Assembly: GCF_000012925.1 (NCBI RefSeq)
Contig: NC_007517.1
Location: 1,500,001-1,532,000 of the forward strand
Direction of reading: 5' to 3'
From: Geobacter metallireducens GS-15
GTDB taxonomy: Bacteria; Desulfobacterota; Desulfuromonadia; Geobacterales; Geobacteraceae
DNA: 32,000 bases
The position numbers and the translations under genes were made by a program. Shown here piece by piece: positions 19,095-30,545 of this stretch (positions are counted from its first letter, which is position 1; every line of letters starts with the position of its first letter). The notes beneath the pieces were generated by a model that was given only the letters and a program-made list of their open reading frames with translations, was not told where the DNA came from and did no database searches.

Positions 19095-19168
19095 GCGTTC
19101 AATCTGGTGACCTTTGGTGATACGTCACCAATGCATCAACTTCCCGCTCCCTTACAGTTATGTTTTTC

Positions 19169-19197
19169 TTGAAGAGTTCTTTCATATTCAGTATGCT
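19169..19197 (+). promoter_or_regulatory. Candidate sigma-70 promoter of aspS
   Basis: TTGAAG (19169-19174) is followed by a 17-nt spacer and TATGCT (19192-19197). The match is only moderate. Confidence 0.35.
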
Positions 19198-19233
19198 TAC
19201 CCGATTTTAGCGACCTACGAGGAGGTTTTTCCG

Positions 19234-21018
19234 ATGGAAGATATTCTGGGTGAATGGAAGAGAAGTCATTATTGCGGCAATCTGACGAAGGCCGATGTGG
19301 GGCGCGAGGTTATCCTCATGGGATGGATTCTGCGCCGCCGTGATCATGGGGGCCTTATTTTCGCCGATCTCCGTGACCGGGAGGGACTCGCCCAGATCGT
19401 CTTTGACCCAGCGAAAAACACCGATGCCCATCATAAGGCCGAAGCGATCCGGAATGAATACGTCGTCGCCGTAAAAGGGGAGGTGATTCCTCGTCCTGAA
19501 GGGACTGTCAACTCCGCCATGAAGACCGGCGAGGTCGAAGTTCTCGTTACGGAGTGCAAGATTCTCAATCGCTCAAAGGCTCTACCTTTTACCCTTGACG
19601 ACTATGTCGACGTCGCTGAGAACATCCGTCTCAAGTACCGTTATCTGGACCTTCGGCGCCCGGTGCTCCAGCAGAACCTCATTCTCCGCTCGATGGTTGC
19701 CCAGATAACCCGTCAATATCTCTCAGAAAACGGATTCCTTGAGATCGAAACTCCTTTCCTCACCAAATCAACTCCGGAAGGTGCCCGTGACTTTCTCGTC
19801 CCGTCGCGGATAAATCAAGGGAACTTCTATGCGCTTCCCCAATCTCCCCAGATATTCAAACAGATTCTGATGATCTCCGGTTTTGACCGCTACTTCCAGA
19901 TTGTTCGCTGCTTCCGTGACGAGGATCTGCGAGCTGACCGTCAGCCTGAGTTCACCCAGATCGACTGCGAGATGTCGTTTATCGATCGCGAGGACATCAT
20001 TTCGGTCATGGAGGGGCTCATTGCGAAGATTTTCACGGTTGCCAAGGGGGTGGATGTTCCCCTCCCCATGCCACGCATGACCTATGCTGAGGCCATTCGC
20101 CGCTTCGGCGTCGATAACCCCGACGTACGCTTTGGCCTGGAGCTTGTTGAGCTGACAGATATCGTCAAGGGAGCAGGTTTCAAGGTCTTTGCCGATGTCG
20201 CAGCCTCCGGTGGAATCATCAAGGGACTGAACGCTAAAGGCTGCGCACGGTTTTCCCGCAAGGAGATCGACGATCTCACCGAGTTCGCCAAGATTTACGG
20301 TGCTAAAGGGCTTGCCTACGTCAAGATTGAAGAGGGCCAATGGCATTCCCCCATTGCCAAGTTTTTCTCTGCCGAAGAAATCGCTACAATGAACCAGGCG
20401 TTCGGCGCCGAAGATGGTGATCTTCTTCTCTTTGTGGCGGACAAGCCGAAGGTGGTCAACGATTCTCTCGGTAAGCTCCGCAATCATCTTGCCGGAATTC
20501 TTGGGCTTGCGGACAAGAATACGTTCAGATTCGTCTGGATCACCGATTTCCCTCTCCTTGAGTGGGATGAGGATGAAAAGCGGTGGGCCGCGGTCCATCA
20601 TCCTTTCACCGCGCCCATGGATGAGGATCTGGAGAAAGTCGAATCGGATCCGGGAAGCTGCCGCGCGAAAGCATATGATCTGGTCCTCAATGGCAACGAA
20701 ATCGGCGGGGGAAGTATCAGGATTCACCAGCAACATGTCCAATCCCTCATGTTCAGCATGCTTGGACTTTCTGATGATGAGACGCGCGCAAAGTTCGGCT
20801 TCCTGCTGGATGCTCTCGAATGCGGTACCCCTCCCCATGGCGGTATTGCCTTCGGCATGGATCGCCTCATCATGCTTCTTACGGGCAGCGATTCGATCCG
20901 TGACGTCATTGCCTTCCCCAAAACTCAGAAGGGAGCTTGTCTCATGTCAGAAGCTCCTTCCCCTGTTGATGCAAAACAACTCAGGGAACTTGCTCTCAAG
21001 GTGACCGTCAAGCAATGA
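19234..21018 (+). CDS. aspS: Aspartate--tRNA ligase (bacterial type, possibly non-discriminating)
   Basis: The ATG at 19234 follows GAGGAGG. The product starts [17 protein letters not shown]. It shows class IIb motifs ([49 protein letters not shown]) and is 594 aa. Confidence 0.95.
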   Translation: MEDILGEWKRSHYCGNLTKADVGREVILMGWILRRRDHGGLIFADLRDREGLAQIVFDPAKNTDAHHKAEAIRNEYVVAVKGEVIPRPEGTVNSAMKTGEVEVLVTECKILNRSKALPFTLDDYVDVAENIRLKYRYLDLRRPVLQQNLILRSMVAQITRQYLSENGFLEIETPFLTKSTPEGARDFLVPSRINQGNFYALPQSPQIFKQILMISGFDRYFQIVRCFRDEDLRADRQPEFTQIDCEMSFIDREDIISVMEGLIAKIFTVAKGVDVPLPMPRMTYAEAIRRFGVDNPDVRFGLELVELTDIVKGAGFKVFADVAASGGIIKGLNAKGCARFSRKEIDDLTEFAKIYGAKGLAYVKIEEGQWHSPIAKFFSAEEIATMNQAFGAEDGDLLLFVADKPKVVNDSLGKLRNHLAGILGLADKNTFRFVWITDFPLLEWDEDEKRWAAVHHPFTAPMDEDLEKVESDPGSCRAKAYDLVLNGNEIGGGSIRIHQQHVQSLMFSMLGLSDDETRAKFGFLLDALECGTPPHGGIAFGMDRLIMLLTGSDSIRDVIAFPKTQKGACLMSEAPSPVDAKQLRELALKVTVKQ

Positions 21019-21032
21019 GAGCGGAAAAGTGA

Positions 21033-21725
21033 ATGAAGACGAGAAACCTGGCAATGGTTTCGGTGCTGGCTCTTTGCCTTGCTGGTTGTGCTCAGGGGCT
21101 GCCACGTTACCGTACCGAGGCCCTGACAAAATTCTCTTCTGTGAGGATGCAGGGGGGAGAACGCGCTAGGGCAGAAGAATTTACGAGTATTACCGATGCA
21201 CTTGAAGCCGGAGATCGGCTCCTTGAGCGCAACCGGGTTTCGGATGCCGAGCAGTTCTATCTCCTTGCCCTTAGGAAGTCAGAGTTGGCAGAACAACAAC
21301 TCGCTGCCGAGAATGTACGTCATGAAGCACAAAGGCTCAAGGCTGAAGAGGATCGCCGTGCAGCCGAGCGGCAGAGGATCCTTGAGGAGCAAAAGCGCCG
21401 CATGATTGAAGAGCGTGAAAGGGAGGCGCGAGAGACTCGAAAGAAAGTCGATAAACCTGTAGCTGTCAAGGAGAAGGAGCGGGAGGTTCGTCATCTCCCC
21501 TCTGTTCACACGGTAAAGCGAGGGGAGACGCTGCCCCAGATTGCAGCTCAATCCGAGGTATATGGCGATGCCTTACTGTGGCCGCTCATTTATCGTGCGA
21601 ACAGGGATCAGATACGCGACCCGAAGAGAATCTGGCCGGGGCAGGTGCTCCGGATACCGAGAAATGCGGGGCGGGATGATATTGCGGAAGCTCACCGCAT
21701 TGCCCAAGAACGTCGTCTGCAATAG
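21033..21725 (+). CDS. Lipoprotein with E/R-rich coiled coil and C-terminal LysM domain
   Basis: The lipobox is MKTRNLAMVSVLALCLAGC. A charged helical region (AEEDRRAAERQRILEEQKRRMIEEREREARE) follows. The LysM-like C-terminus reads HTVKRGETLPQIAA...IWPGQVLRIP. Confidence 0.8.
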   Translation: MKTRNLAMVSVLALCLAGCAQGLPRYRTEALTKFSSVRMQGGERARAEEFTSITDALEAGDRLLERNRVSDAEQFYLLALRKSELAEQQLAAENVRHEAQRLKAEEDRRAAERQRILEEQKRRMIEEREREARETRKKVDKPVAVKEKEREVRHLPSVHTVKRGETLPQIAAQSEVYGDALLWPLIYRANRDQIRDPKRIWPGQVLRIPRNAGRDDIAEAHRIAQERRLQ

Positions 21726-21741
21726 TCGTGAATATGAACGG

Positions 21742-21766
21742 AAGCCGGGTTAAACCCGGCTTTTTT
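21742..21766 (+). terminator. Rho-independent terminator after the LysM lipoprotein gene
   Basis: The stem pairs aagccggg with cccggctt around a ttaaa loop. The downstream T6 run spans 21761-21766, and its first two Ts pair with the leading aa of the stem. Confidence 0.8.
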
Positions 21767-21814
21767 GCGTGTAACTTCAAGGTATTTTTGTCGTAAACGG
21801 AAAATAGTTTTTCC

Positions 21815-21843
21815 TTGACAGTACATATAATTTTGCATACTGT
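21815..21843 (+). promoter_or_regulatory. Candidate sigma-70 promoter of icd-mdh
   Basis: A perfect TTGACA (21815-21820) is followed by a 17-nt spacer and TACTGT (21838-21843). This implies a 5' UTR of about 130 nt before the ATG at 21978. Confidence 0.45.
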
Positions 21844-21884
21844 ATACACACTTTATGGTAAAAGGTTAATTCGGTTTCATGTAA

Positions 21885-24200
<2,316 letters not shown>

Positions 24201-24223
24201 AGGTAGTTGTATCACGCAGATAA

Positions 24224-25204
<981 letters not shown>

Positions 25205-25231
25205 TTTTTCCGATTCCCACTGCAGCAAGGC

Positions 25232-25258
25232 AAAAGAAGGGCCCTGTGCCCTTCTTTT
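25232..25258 (+). terminator. Rho-independent terminator after mdh
   Basis: The stem pairs aaaagaagggc with gcccttctttt around a cctgt loop. The T-rich tail is part of the extended stem. Confidence 0.7.
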
Positions 25259-25319
25259 GTCATGTCGGGTCTTCCCTTTAAGAAAATAACAGTATTTTAT
25301 GATCGTCGCGTTCTAAGCG

Positions 25320-25349
25320 TTGAAATTGTATACATGGGTGTGTTATATA
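25320..25349 (+). promoter_or_regulatory. Candidate sigma-70 promoter of korDABC
   Basis: TTGAAA (25320-25325) is followed by an 18-nt spacer and TATATA (25344-25349). The site lies about 50 nt upstream of the korD ATG. Confidence 0.45.
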
Positions 25350-25400
25350 CCAGAGAAGTTTGCCGGAAACGGCCTCATTTTAGTAAAGGAGCGTATCTAG

Positions 25401-25595
25401 ATGGAAAAAAAGCTTCCGACTATCGAGATTGTTGAGAAGTACTGCAAGGGCTGCCATATCTGTGTTGAGTTTTGCCCTACCAAGGTACTGGAGATGAAAG
25501 GTTTCGTTGTGGCGGTGAAAAACCTCGAAGCCTGCATCAAATGCATGCAGTGCGAACTGCGCTGCCCCGATTTTGCTATCAAAGTCACCCCGTAA
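25401..25595 (+). CDS. korD: 2-oxoacid:ferredoxin oxidoreductase delta subunit (2x[4Fe-4S] ferredoxin)
   Basis: The 64-aa product has two CxxCxxCxxxCP motifs, CKGCHICVEFCP and CIKCMQCELRCP. AAAGGAG lies 9 nt upstream of the start. Confidence 0.85.
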   Translation: MEKKLPTIEIVEKYCKGCHICVEFCPTKVLEMKGFVVAVKNLEACIKCMQCELRCPDFAIKVTP

Positions 25596-25619
25596 CCATT
25601 CCAAGAGGAGGTATTTGAC

Positions 25620-26753
25620 GTGGCTAAGAAAGTTGCATTTCTCCAGGGTAACGAGGCCGCAGCACAGGGCGCTCTCTACGCTGGCTGCCGGTTTTTCGCC
25701 GGTTACCCGATCACTCCGTCCACCGAGGTCGCAGAGGTGTTGTCTGCGGAACTCCCGAAGGTGGGTGGAAAGTTTATGCAGATGGAAGACGAGATTGGTG
25801 CCATGGCTGCTCTTATCGGGGCGTCCTTGACCGGTTCCAAGGTGCTTACATCGACTTCAGGTCCGGGTCTTTCACTTAAGCAGGAAAATATCGGTTATGC
25901 CTGCATTGCCGAAGTGCCCGCCGTTATTGTCAACGTAATGCGTGGCGGTCCCTCCACCGGTATGCCGACAGGCCCGTCGCAGTCGGACGTTATGTGCGCC
26001 AAATGGGGCACCCACGGCGATCACCCCGCCATCTGTCTCGTTCCTGCTTCGGTACAGGAAGTTTTCGAGGAGACGGTCCGGGCATTCAACCTGGCTGAAA
26101 AGTATCGTACGCCGGTCATGATTATGCCGGACGAGATCGTTGCTCATATGCGTGAGCGCATCGTCTTCCCTGAGCCGGGTGAACTCGAGGTGATCGATCG
26201 CAAGGGACCCTCTGTCCCGCCCGAGCAATACAAGCCCTACGACACCTCCTTCGGTGATGTCCCGCCGCTGGCTGCATTCGGCTCCGGCTACAAGTTTCAC
26301 GTTACCGGCCTCAACAAGATGCAGGACGGCTTCCCGACCACTAAGGCTGAGATTGTACAGGCAGAAGAAGAGCGCCAAGTTCGCAAGGTTGAAGCCAACA
26401 AGGCTGATATCATGAGATGGGAAGAGTATCTGTGTGACGATGCTGAAGTTATCGTTGTCGCCTTCGGCTCCACTTCCCGTTCGGCCCGTTTCGCAGTAAA
26501 CGAGGCCCGCAAGAACGGTATCAAGGCAGGCCTTTTCCGCCTCATTACCTTCTGGCCGTTCCCCGAAGAGCGTCTCCTGGAACTCTCCAAAAAAGTCAAA
26601 GCGTTCGTCACTCCTGAAATGAACCTTGGCATGTGTACGGGTGTGGTTAAAGGGTGCATCGAGGGGAATGCTCCGGTTATCGGTATTTTCCGGGTCGATG
26701 GCGAGCCGATCAATCCGGATCAGATCCTCGACAAGATGAAGGAGGTCAAGTAA
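25620..26753 (+). CDS. korA: 2-oxoglutarate:ferredoxin oxidoreductase alpha subunit
   Basis: A GTG start follows AAGAGGAGG. The product starts MAKKVAFLQGNEAAAQGALYAGCRFFAGYPITPSTE, the N-terminus typical of the OFOR alpha subunit. 2-oxoglutarate specificity is inferred from the icd/mdh context and from my memory of the Geobacter annotation. Confidence 0.88.
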   Translation: MAKKVAFLQGNEAAAQGALYAGCRFFAGYPITPSTEVAEVLSAELPKVGGKFMQMEDEIGAMAALIGASLTGSKVLTSTSGPGLSLKQENIGYACIAEVPAVIVNVMRGGPSTGMPTGPSQSDVMCAKWGTHGDHPAICLVPASVQEVFEETVRAFNLAEKYRTPVMIMPDEIVAHMRERIVFPEPGELEVIDRKGPSVPPEQYKPYDTSFGDVPPLAAFGSGYKFHVTGLNKMQDGFPTTKAEIVQAEEERQVRKVEANKADIMRWEEYLCDDAEVIVVAFGSTSRSARFAVNEARKNGIKAGLFRLITFWPFPEERLLELSKKVKAFVTPEMNLGMCTGVVKGCIEGNAPVIGIFRVDGEPINPDQILDKMKEVK

Positions 26754-26755
26754 CC

Positions 26756-27574
26756 ATGGCGTTTGATTACGATAAGTATATTCGTCCCGGTAAACTGCCG
26801 CACATCTGGTGCCCCGGCTGTGGCCACGGGATTGTCATGAAAGGGTTGATCCGGGCAATGGACTCCCTCAACCTGAAAAAAGAAGAAACGTGCATTGTTT
26901 CGGGTATCGGCTGCGCTTCGCGTCTGCCGGGCTATATTGATTGCTGCACGCTGCACACGGCCCACGGTCGGGCCGCCGCTTTCGCCACCGGCGTCAAGAT
27001 GGCGAAGCCTGAGATGAACGTTATCCTGTGCGGTGGTGATGGCGACGGTACCGCAATCGGCGGCAACCACTTCATTCATGCCTGCCGCCGTAACATCAAC
27101 ATGACGTACATCATTATGAACAACTACATCTACGGGATGACCGGCGGCCAGTTCTCTCCCTGTACCCCCACTGGCGCCAAGGCTTCTACCACTCCCTACG
27201 GCAACCCGGATCCCGGTTTCGACATTGCCAAGCTTGCCATCGGCGCGGGTGCAACCTTTGTTGCCCGTGGAACGGCATACCACGCTGCCCAGATTGACAA
27301 GCTGATTGCTGAGGCGATCCAGCACAAGGGCTTCTCCGTTGTCGAAATCCTCGATGACTGCCCGACCACCTATGGGCGCCGCAACAAGTACCGCTCCGTT
27401 ATCGACATGATGAATCGCCTCAAGGAAGTTGCCGTTCCGGTGAAGGCCGCCGAGAAAATGACGGCCGAGCAACTGGAAGGCAAGATCCTTACGGGTGTTC
27501 TTCACAAGATCGAGAAACCTGAATATACCGAGGAATATGCAAAGGTTATTCAGCGGGCACAGGCTGCAAAATAA
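26756..27574 (+). CDS. korB: 2-oxoglutarate:ferredoxin oxidoreductase beta subunit (TPP-binding)
   Basis: The ATG at 26756 lies 2 nt after the korA stop. The product contains PHIWCPGCGHG and the TPP motif GGDGDGTAIGGNHFIHACRRN. It is 272 aa. The track's 306-aa form overlaps korA. Confidence 0.9.
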   Translation: MAFDYDKYIRPGKLPHIWCPGCGHGIVMKGLIRAMDSLNLKKEETCIVSGIGCASRLPGYIDCCTLHTAHGRAAAFATGVKMAKPEMNVILCGGDGDGTAIGGNHFIHACRRNINMTYIIMNNYIYGMTGGQFSPCTPTGAKASTTPYGNPDPGFDIAKLAIGAGATFVARGTAYHAAQIDKLIAEAIQHKGFSVVEILDDCPTTYGRRNKYRSVIDMMNRLKEVAVPVKAAEKMTAEQLEGKILTGVLHKIEKPEYTEEYAKVIQRAQAAK

Positions 27575-27604
27575 TCACCCTGATTGCAAAAGGAGACTAT
27601 ACAG

Positions 27605-28153
27605 ATGGCTGGAAGATATGAAATTCGTTTTTCCGGGGCTGGCGGTCAGGGCCTGATCCTGGCAGGCGTGATCATGGCTGAAGCTGCCTCGATCTATGAC
27701 GGCATTCAGGCTGTTCAGTCACAAAGCTACGGGCCTGAAGCCCGCGGCGGGGCATCCAAGTCGGAAGTCATTATTTCTGATGGTCCTATCGACTATCCGA
27801 AGGTCACCAAGTGTGACGCCCTTCTGGCTCTTACCCAGGAGGCTTGTGACAAATATTCCCACGACCTCAAGGAAGGGGGATTACTTCTCATTGATTCCGA
27901 TCTGGTTCTGCGCGAGCCTGCCGGGAACTTCAAGGTGACGAAGTTCAACATCACCAACACCGCCAAGAATGAAATCGGCCGTGAAATTGTAACTAACATC
28001 GTTGCGCTGGGCGCTATGGTGGCTCTGACTGGCGCGGTTACGAAAGAAGCGGCTGAGAAGGCGGTTCTTGCCCGGGTGCCGGAAGCTTTTCTTGAACTGA
28101 ACAAAAAGGCTTTCCATGTCGGTTTTGACAAGGCAATGGCGGCGAAGGCTTAA
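27605..28153 (+). CDS. korC: 2-oxoglutarate:ferredoxin oxidoreductase gamma subunit
   Basis: The ATG at 27605 follows AAAGGAGA. The product starts MAGRYEIRFSGAGGQGLILAGVIMAEAA and contains YGPEARGG. It is 182 aa. Confidence 0.9.
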   Translation: MAGRYEIRFSGAGGQGLILAGVIMAEAASIYDGIQAVQSQSYGPEARGGASKSEVIISDGPIDYPKVTKCDALLALTQEACDKYSHDLKEGGLLLIDSDLVLREPAGNFKVTKFNITNTAKNEIGREIVTNIVALGAMVALTGAVTKEAAEKAVLARVPEAFLELNKKAFHVGFDKAMAAKA

Positions 28154-28174
28154 TTCCTTCACCCCCTGAATAAA

Positions 28175-28216
28175 ACAGAAGGCTCGATGCCATTGGCTCG
28201 GGCCTTCTGTCGTTTT
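28175..28216 (+). terminator. Probable terminator after korC
   Basis: An outer stem pairs acagaaggc (28175-28183) with gccttctgt (28202-28210), followed by cgtttt. The interior is only partly paired, so this call is weaker than the other terminators. Confidence 0.5.
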
Positions 28217-28303
28217 GGGGCTGGATCATTGCGGGAGGCGGTTTTATAGAGTATAACCAACAATGTATGGCAGGCAGTTGAATCTCTCCTGTGAGATTTT
28301 TTC

Positions 28304-29470
28304 ATGACCTTGGAGCTTTGCAACACATCGCTACAGCAGACACAGGAACTCTTGCGGTTGGTAAACGCTACTCTCCGGAACCTCTCGAACCGTAAGTTTA
28401 CCGACAAGGAACTTCATGTTGAAGCTCTTGGCCGAGTTCTGGGCGGGAGCGGCAGGCGTGGCCCTCTTAGTATCTTTATTCTTCTGAATGGCAAGGCAGG
28501 AGCTAGCCGCGGCAGAGTCTTCCATCTCAGTGCCGGGGAGATCGTGGAGGGCTCTGAAGAGATTCTTATTGATCCTGCATCGGTCTATGCTCCGGAACGC
28601 CTTACGGATGAAGTTATCATCTCCAATTGGTGTGATACCTGTGAAACGGTTGAGGAGTATCAAGCCTATTTTCATCCAACGGTAAAGGAGTACATGGGTA
28701 AGCTCTTAACAAATTTCATCTGCTGTCACATAGGAGGTGACGCAGGTGGAGCGCTCCTGGCCTTTAACTATCCCGGTGAGGCTACGGAGTACGATGCAAT
28801 GGTTCTTCAGAGTCTTGCCGTGGTTATCGGGTCGTTGACCACGTTATCCAACAGTGTCAGGGAGACGGAGAAGGCTTTTATCTATACCATTGAATCCCTA
28901 GCACGGGCGTGCGAAGCTGCGGAGGAGGGTACTGGCGAACATATTGTCCGTGTCAACCGCTATGCAGGGGCTTTGGCTGCCAATATGGGGCTGCCGGTTG
29001 ATCTTGTGGAAGTGATTTCCTACTCGGCGCAGATGCATGATGTGGGCAAAATCCGGGTACCGAATGAAATACTTCTTAAGCCAGCCCCCCTTAACGAAGA
29101 CGAATTGCGTATCATGCGTCTACACCCCGCCTATGGTGAGAAGATCCTTGGTGATTCACCCCGACTGCAGATTGCCCGTGAGATTGCCATATCACACCAC
29201 GAGAACTGGGACGGCAGTGGATATCCCCATGGTTTGCGCGGGGAGGATATTCCACTCTCCGGGCGAATTGTGAAATTGGCTGATGTCTACGATGCCTTGC
29301 GCTCAAGGAGAAGCTACAAAGAGCCCTTAAGTCACGAGGAGGCGCTTTCCGTCTTTACGGTTGGAGACAGGCGCATCGATCCGGGGCGCCATTTCGATCC
29401 TGCAGTTATGGCGACTTTCTTTGCCATTGAACATATTTTTGCCCGAATTTATAAGAGTATGAGTGCTTAA
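28304..29470 (+). CDS. HD-GYP domain protein (putative c-di-GMP phosphodiesterase) with uncharacterised, possibly GAF-like, N-terminal sensor domain
   Basis: The HD motif is in SAQMHDVGKIRVP, and the HHExxDGxGYP motif is ISHHENWDGSGYPHGL. The product also contains IVKLADVYDALRSRRSYKE. The N-terminal ~190 aa have no motif I can name. There is no obvious SD before the ATG at 28304, so the start is uncertain. Confidence 0.85.
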   Translation: MTLELCNTSLQQTQELLRLVNATLRNLSNRKFTDKELHVEALGRVLGGSGRRGPLSIFILLNGKAGASRGRVFHLSAGEIVEGSEEILIDPASVYAPERLTDEVIISNWCDTCETVEEYQAYFHPTVKEYMGKLLTNFICCHIGGDAGGALLAFNYPGEATEYDAMVLQSLAVVIGSLTTLSNSVRETEKAFIYTIESLARACEAAEEGTGEHIVRVNRYAGALAANMGLPVDLVEVISYSAQMHDVGKIRVPNEILLKPAPLNEDELRIMRLHPAYGEKILGDSPRLQIAREIAISHHENWDGSGYPHGLRGEDIPLSGRIVKLADVYDALRSRRSYKEPLSHEEALSVFTVGDRRIDPGRHFDPAVMATFFAIEHIFARIYKSMSA

Positions 29471-29555
29471 TCGGCCTGGATTACCTCTACTTAGGCTTTG
29501 ACTCCCGCACACAAATCGATTACTTTGTGAAAAACCTCTGACCAAGGAGACCGGG

Positions 29556-30506
29556 ATGTTCCTCCTTCCCAAGGGAAACCCACTGTATGAGAACATAGCC
29601 GCTGCTAAGGTCAAGCTTCCTGATATGTTCGAGAAGCTCAAGGCAGGCGGGTTCACGGGCTACCTGAACTTTACGTTTCCCTCGGCAACGGCGATTCTCT
29701 TCTTTGAAGCCGGCAAGCTGATCAGTGCCGTGCATGAACAGGATGGGCGTAAGCTCACGGGGTTCGAAGCGATTGCTGGCGTCTGCACCCTTATTTTTGC
29801 TGGCGGTGGAAGTCTTAGTGTCTACAGGCTTTCCAAGGATCTGACCATGTGTTTGCACGCGATGATCCATGGGGATGTCCTCTACGCGGGGCAGGAACTG
29901 AAGCTGATCGACATTAAGGGGCTCCTGGAGAAGATGAAAGCCCAGAGGCTCAATGGTTGTCTCAGGCTCTACACCGAGAGCCGCACAGCCCTTATTTTTT
30001 ACAAGGAGGGGGCGCCTCTCGGTTTCTTTCATGACGGCTCCACAGATATAGAAACATCGGCAACCGAGTCCCAGAAGATTGCAGGGCTACCGGGGGCAAA
30101 GATAGATGTGCTCTCCACGAAAAGCGCCGATGAGTTGATGCACTATGACCTTCTTGAGATGGTCAACGTGTCGAAGCTTTGGGAATCGACCAGCAGCAGA
30201 TTCGCCTCTGAGCGCGACAAGATCCGCAATGAAGCTGCTGTTGTCGACCGGTACCAGGAAGAGGAAAAGCTTCGGGAACTTGAGGATGATCTGAAAGAAG
30301 TTGCCATGGCGTACGTGGGGAGGATGGGGGCTGCCCTCGTGGAGAAGGAACTGAATGACCGGGGGGGACGGCGGGCACTCCAGGATAGTGCGCTTGTCGG
30401 CGCGTTTCTGGCCGGGGTGGAAAAGGGGGCAAAGCTGCTCACCAGCATGTCCAAGACTAAGGAGATGCTGGACACCATGAAGGAAGAGATTGCCCGGCGG
30501 ATTTAA
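29556..30506 (+). CDS. Hypothetical protein with two tandem DUF4388/PATAN-like domains and a charged helical C-terminal region
   Basis: AAGGAGA lies 6 nt upstream of the ATG. Two similar ~100-aa units are present: LPDMFEKLKAGGFTGYLNFTFPSATAILFFEAGKLISAV...GFEAIAG and IDIKGLLEKMKAQRLNGCLRLYTESRTALIFYKEGAPLGFF. The domain assignment is from my memory of the DUF4388 pattern (x-tG-L-x-v ... i-yf-x-G-x-i-x-A). Confidence 0.6.
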   Translation: MFLLPKGNPLYENIAAAKVKLPDMFEKLKAGGFTGYLNFTFPSATAILFFEAGKLISAVHEQDGRKLTGFEAIAGVCTLIFAGGGSLSVYRLSKDLTMCLHAMIHGDVLYAGQELKLIDIKGLLEKMKAQRLNGCLRLYTESRTALIFYKEGAPLGFFHDGSTDIETSATESQKIAGLPGAKIDVLSTKSADELMHYDLLEMVNVSKLWESTSSRFASERDKIRNEAAVVDRYQEEEKLRELEDDLKEVAMAYVGRMGAALVEKELNDRGGRRALQDSALVGAFLAGVEKGAKLLTSMSKTKEMLDTMKEEIARRI

Positions 30507-30545
30507 CAGGCTGTAGATGATTTTTTCCGAGTAGTTGGGGGGACA

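Noticed and set aside
19095-19233. A T-box leader upstream of aspS.
   Set aside because: The region is only about 140 nt. It has no T-box sequence (AAnnnGGGTGGTACCGCG-like) and no specifier-loop architecture. It contains only a short TGGTGA hairpin.
30361-30367. G7 homopolymers inside the PATAN gene (30361-30367) and the 7-TM gene (31244-31250), considered as additional phase-variation sites.
   Set aside because: Both are in frame and encode Gly-Gly within intact ORFs. Their presence shows instead that G7 runs are common in this genome, which weakens the phase-variation reading of the exporter frameshift.
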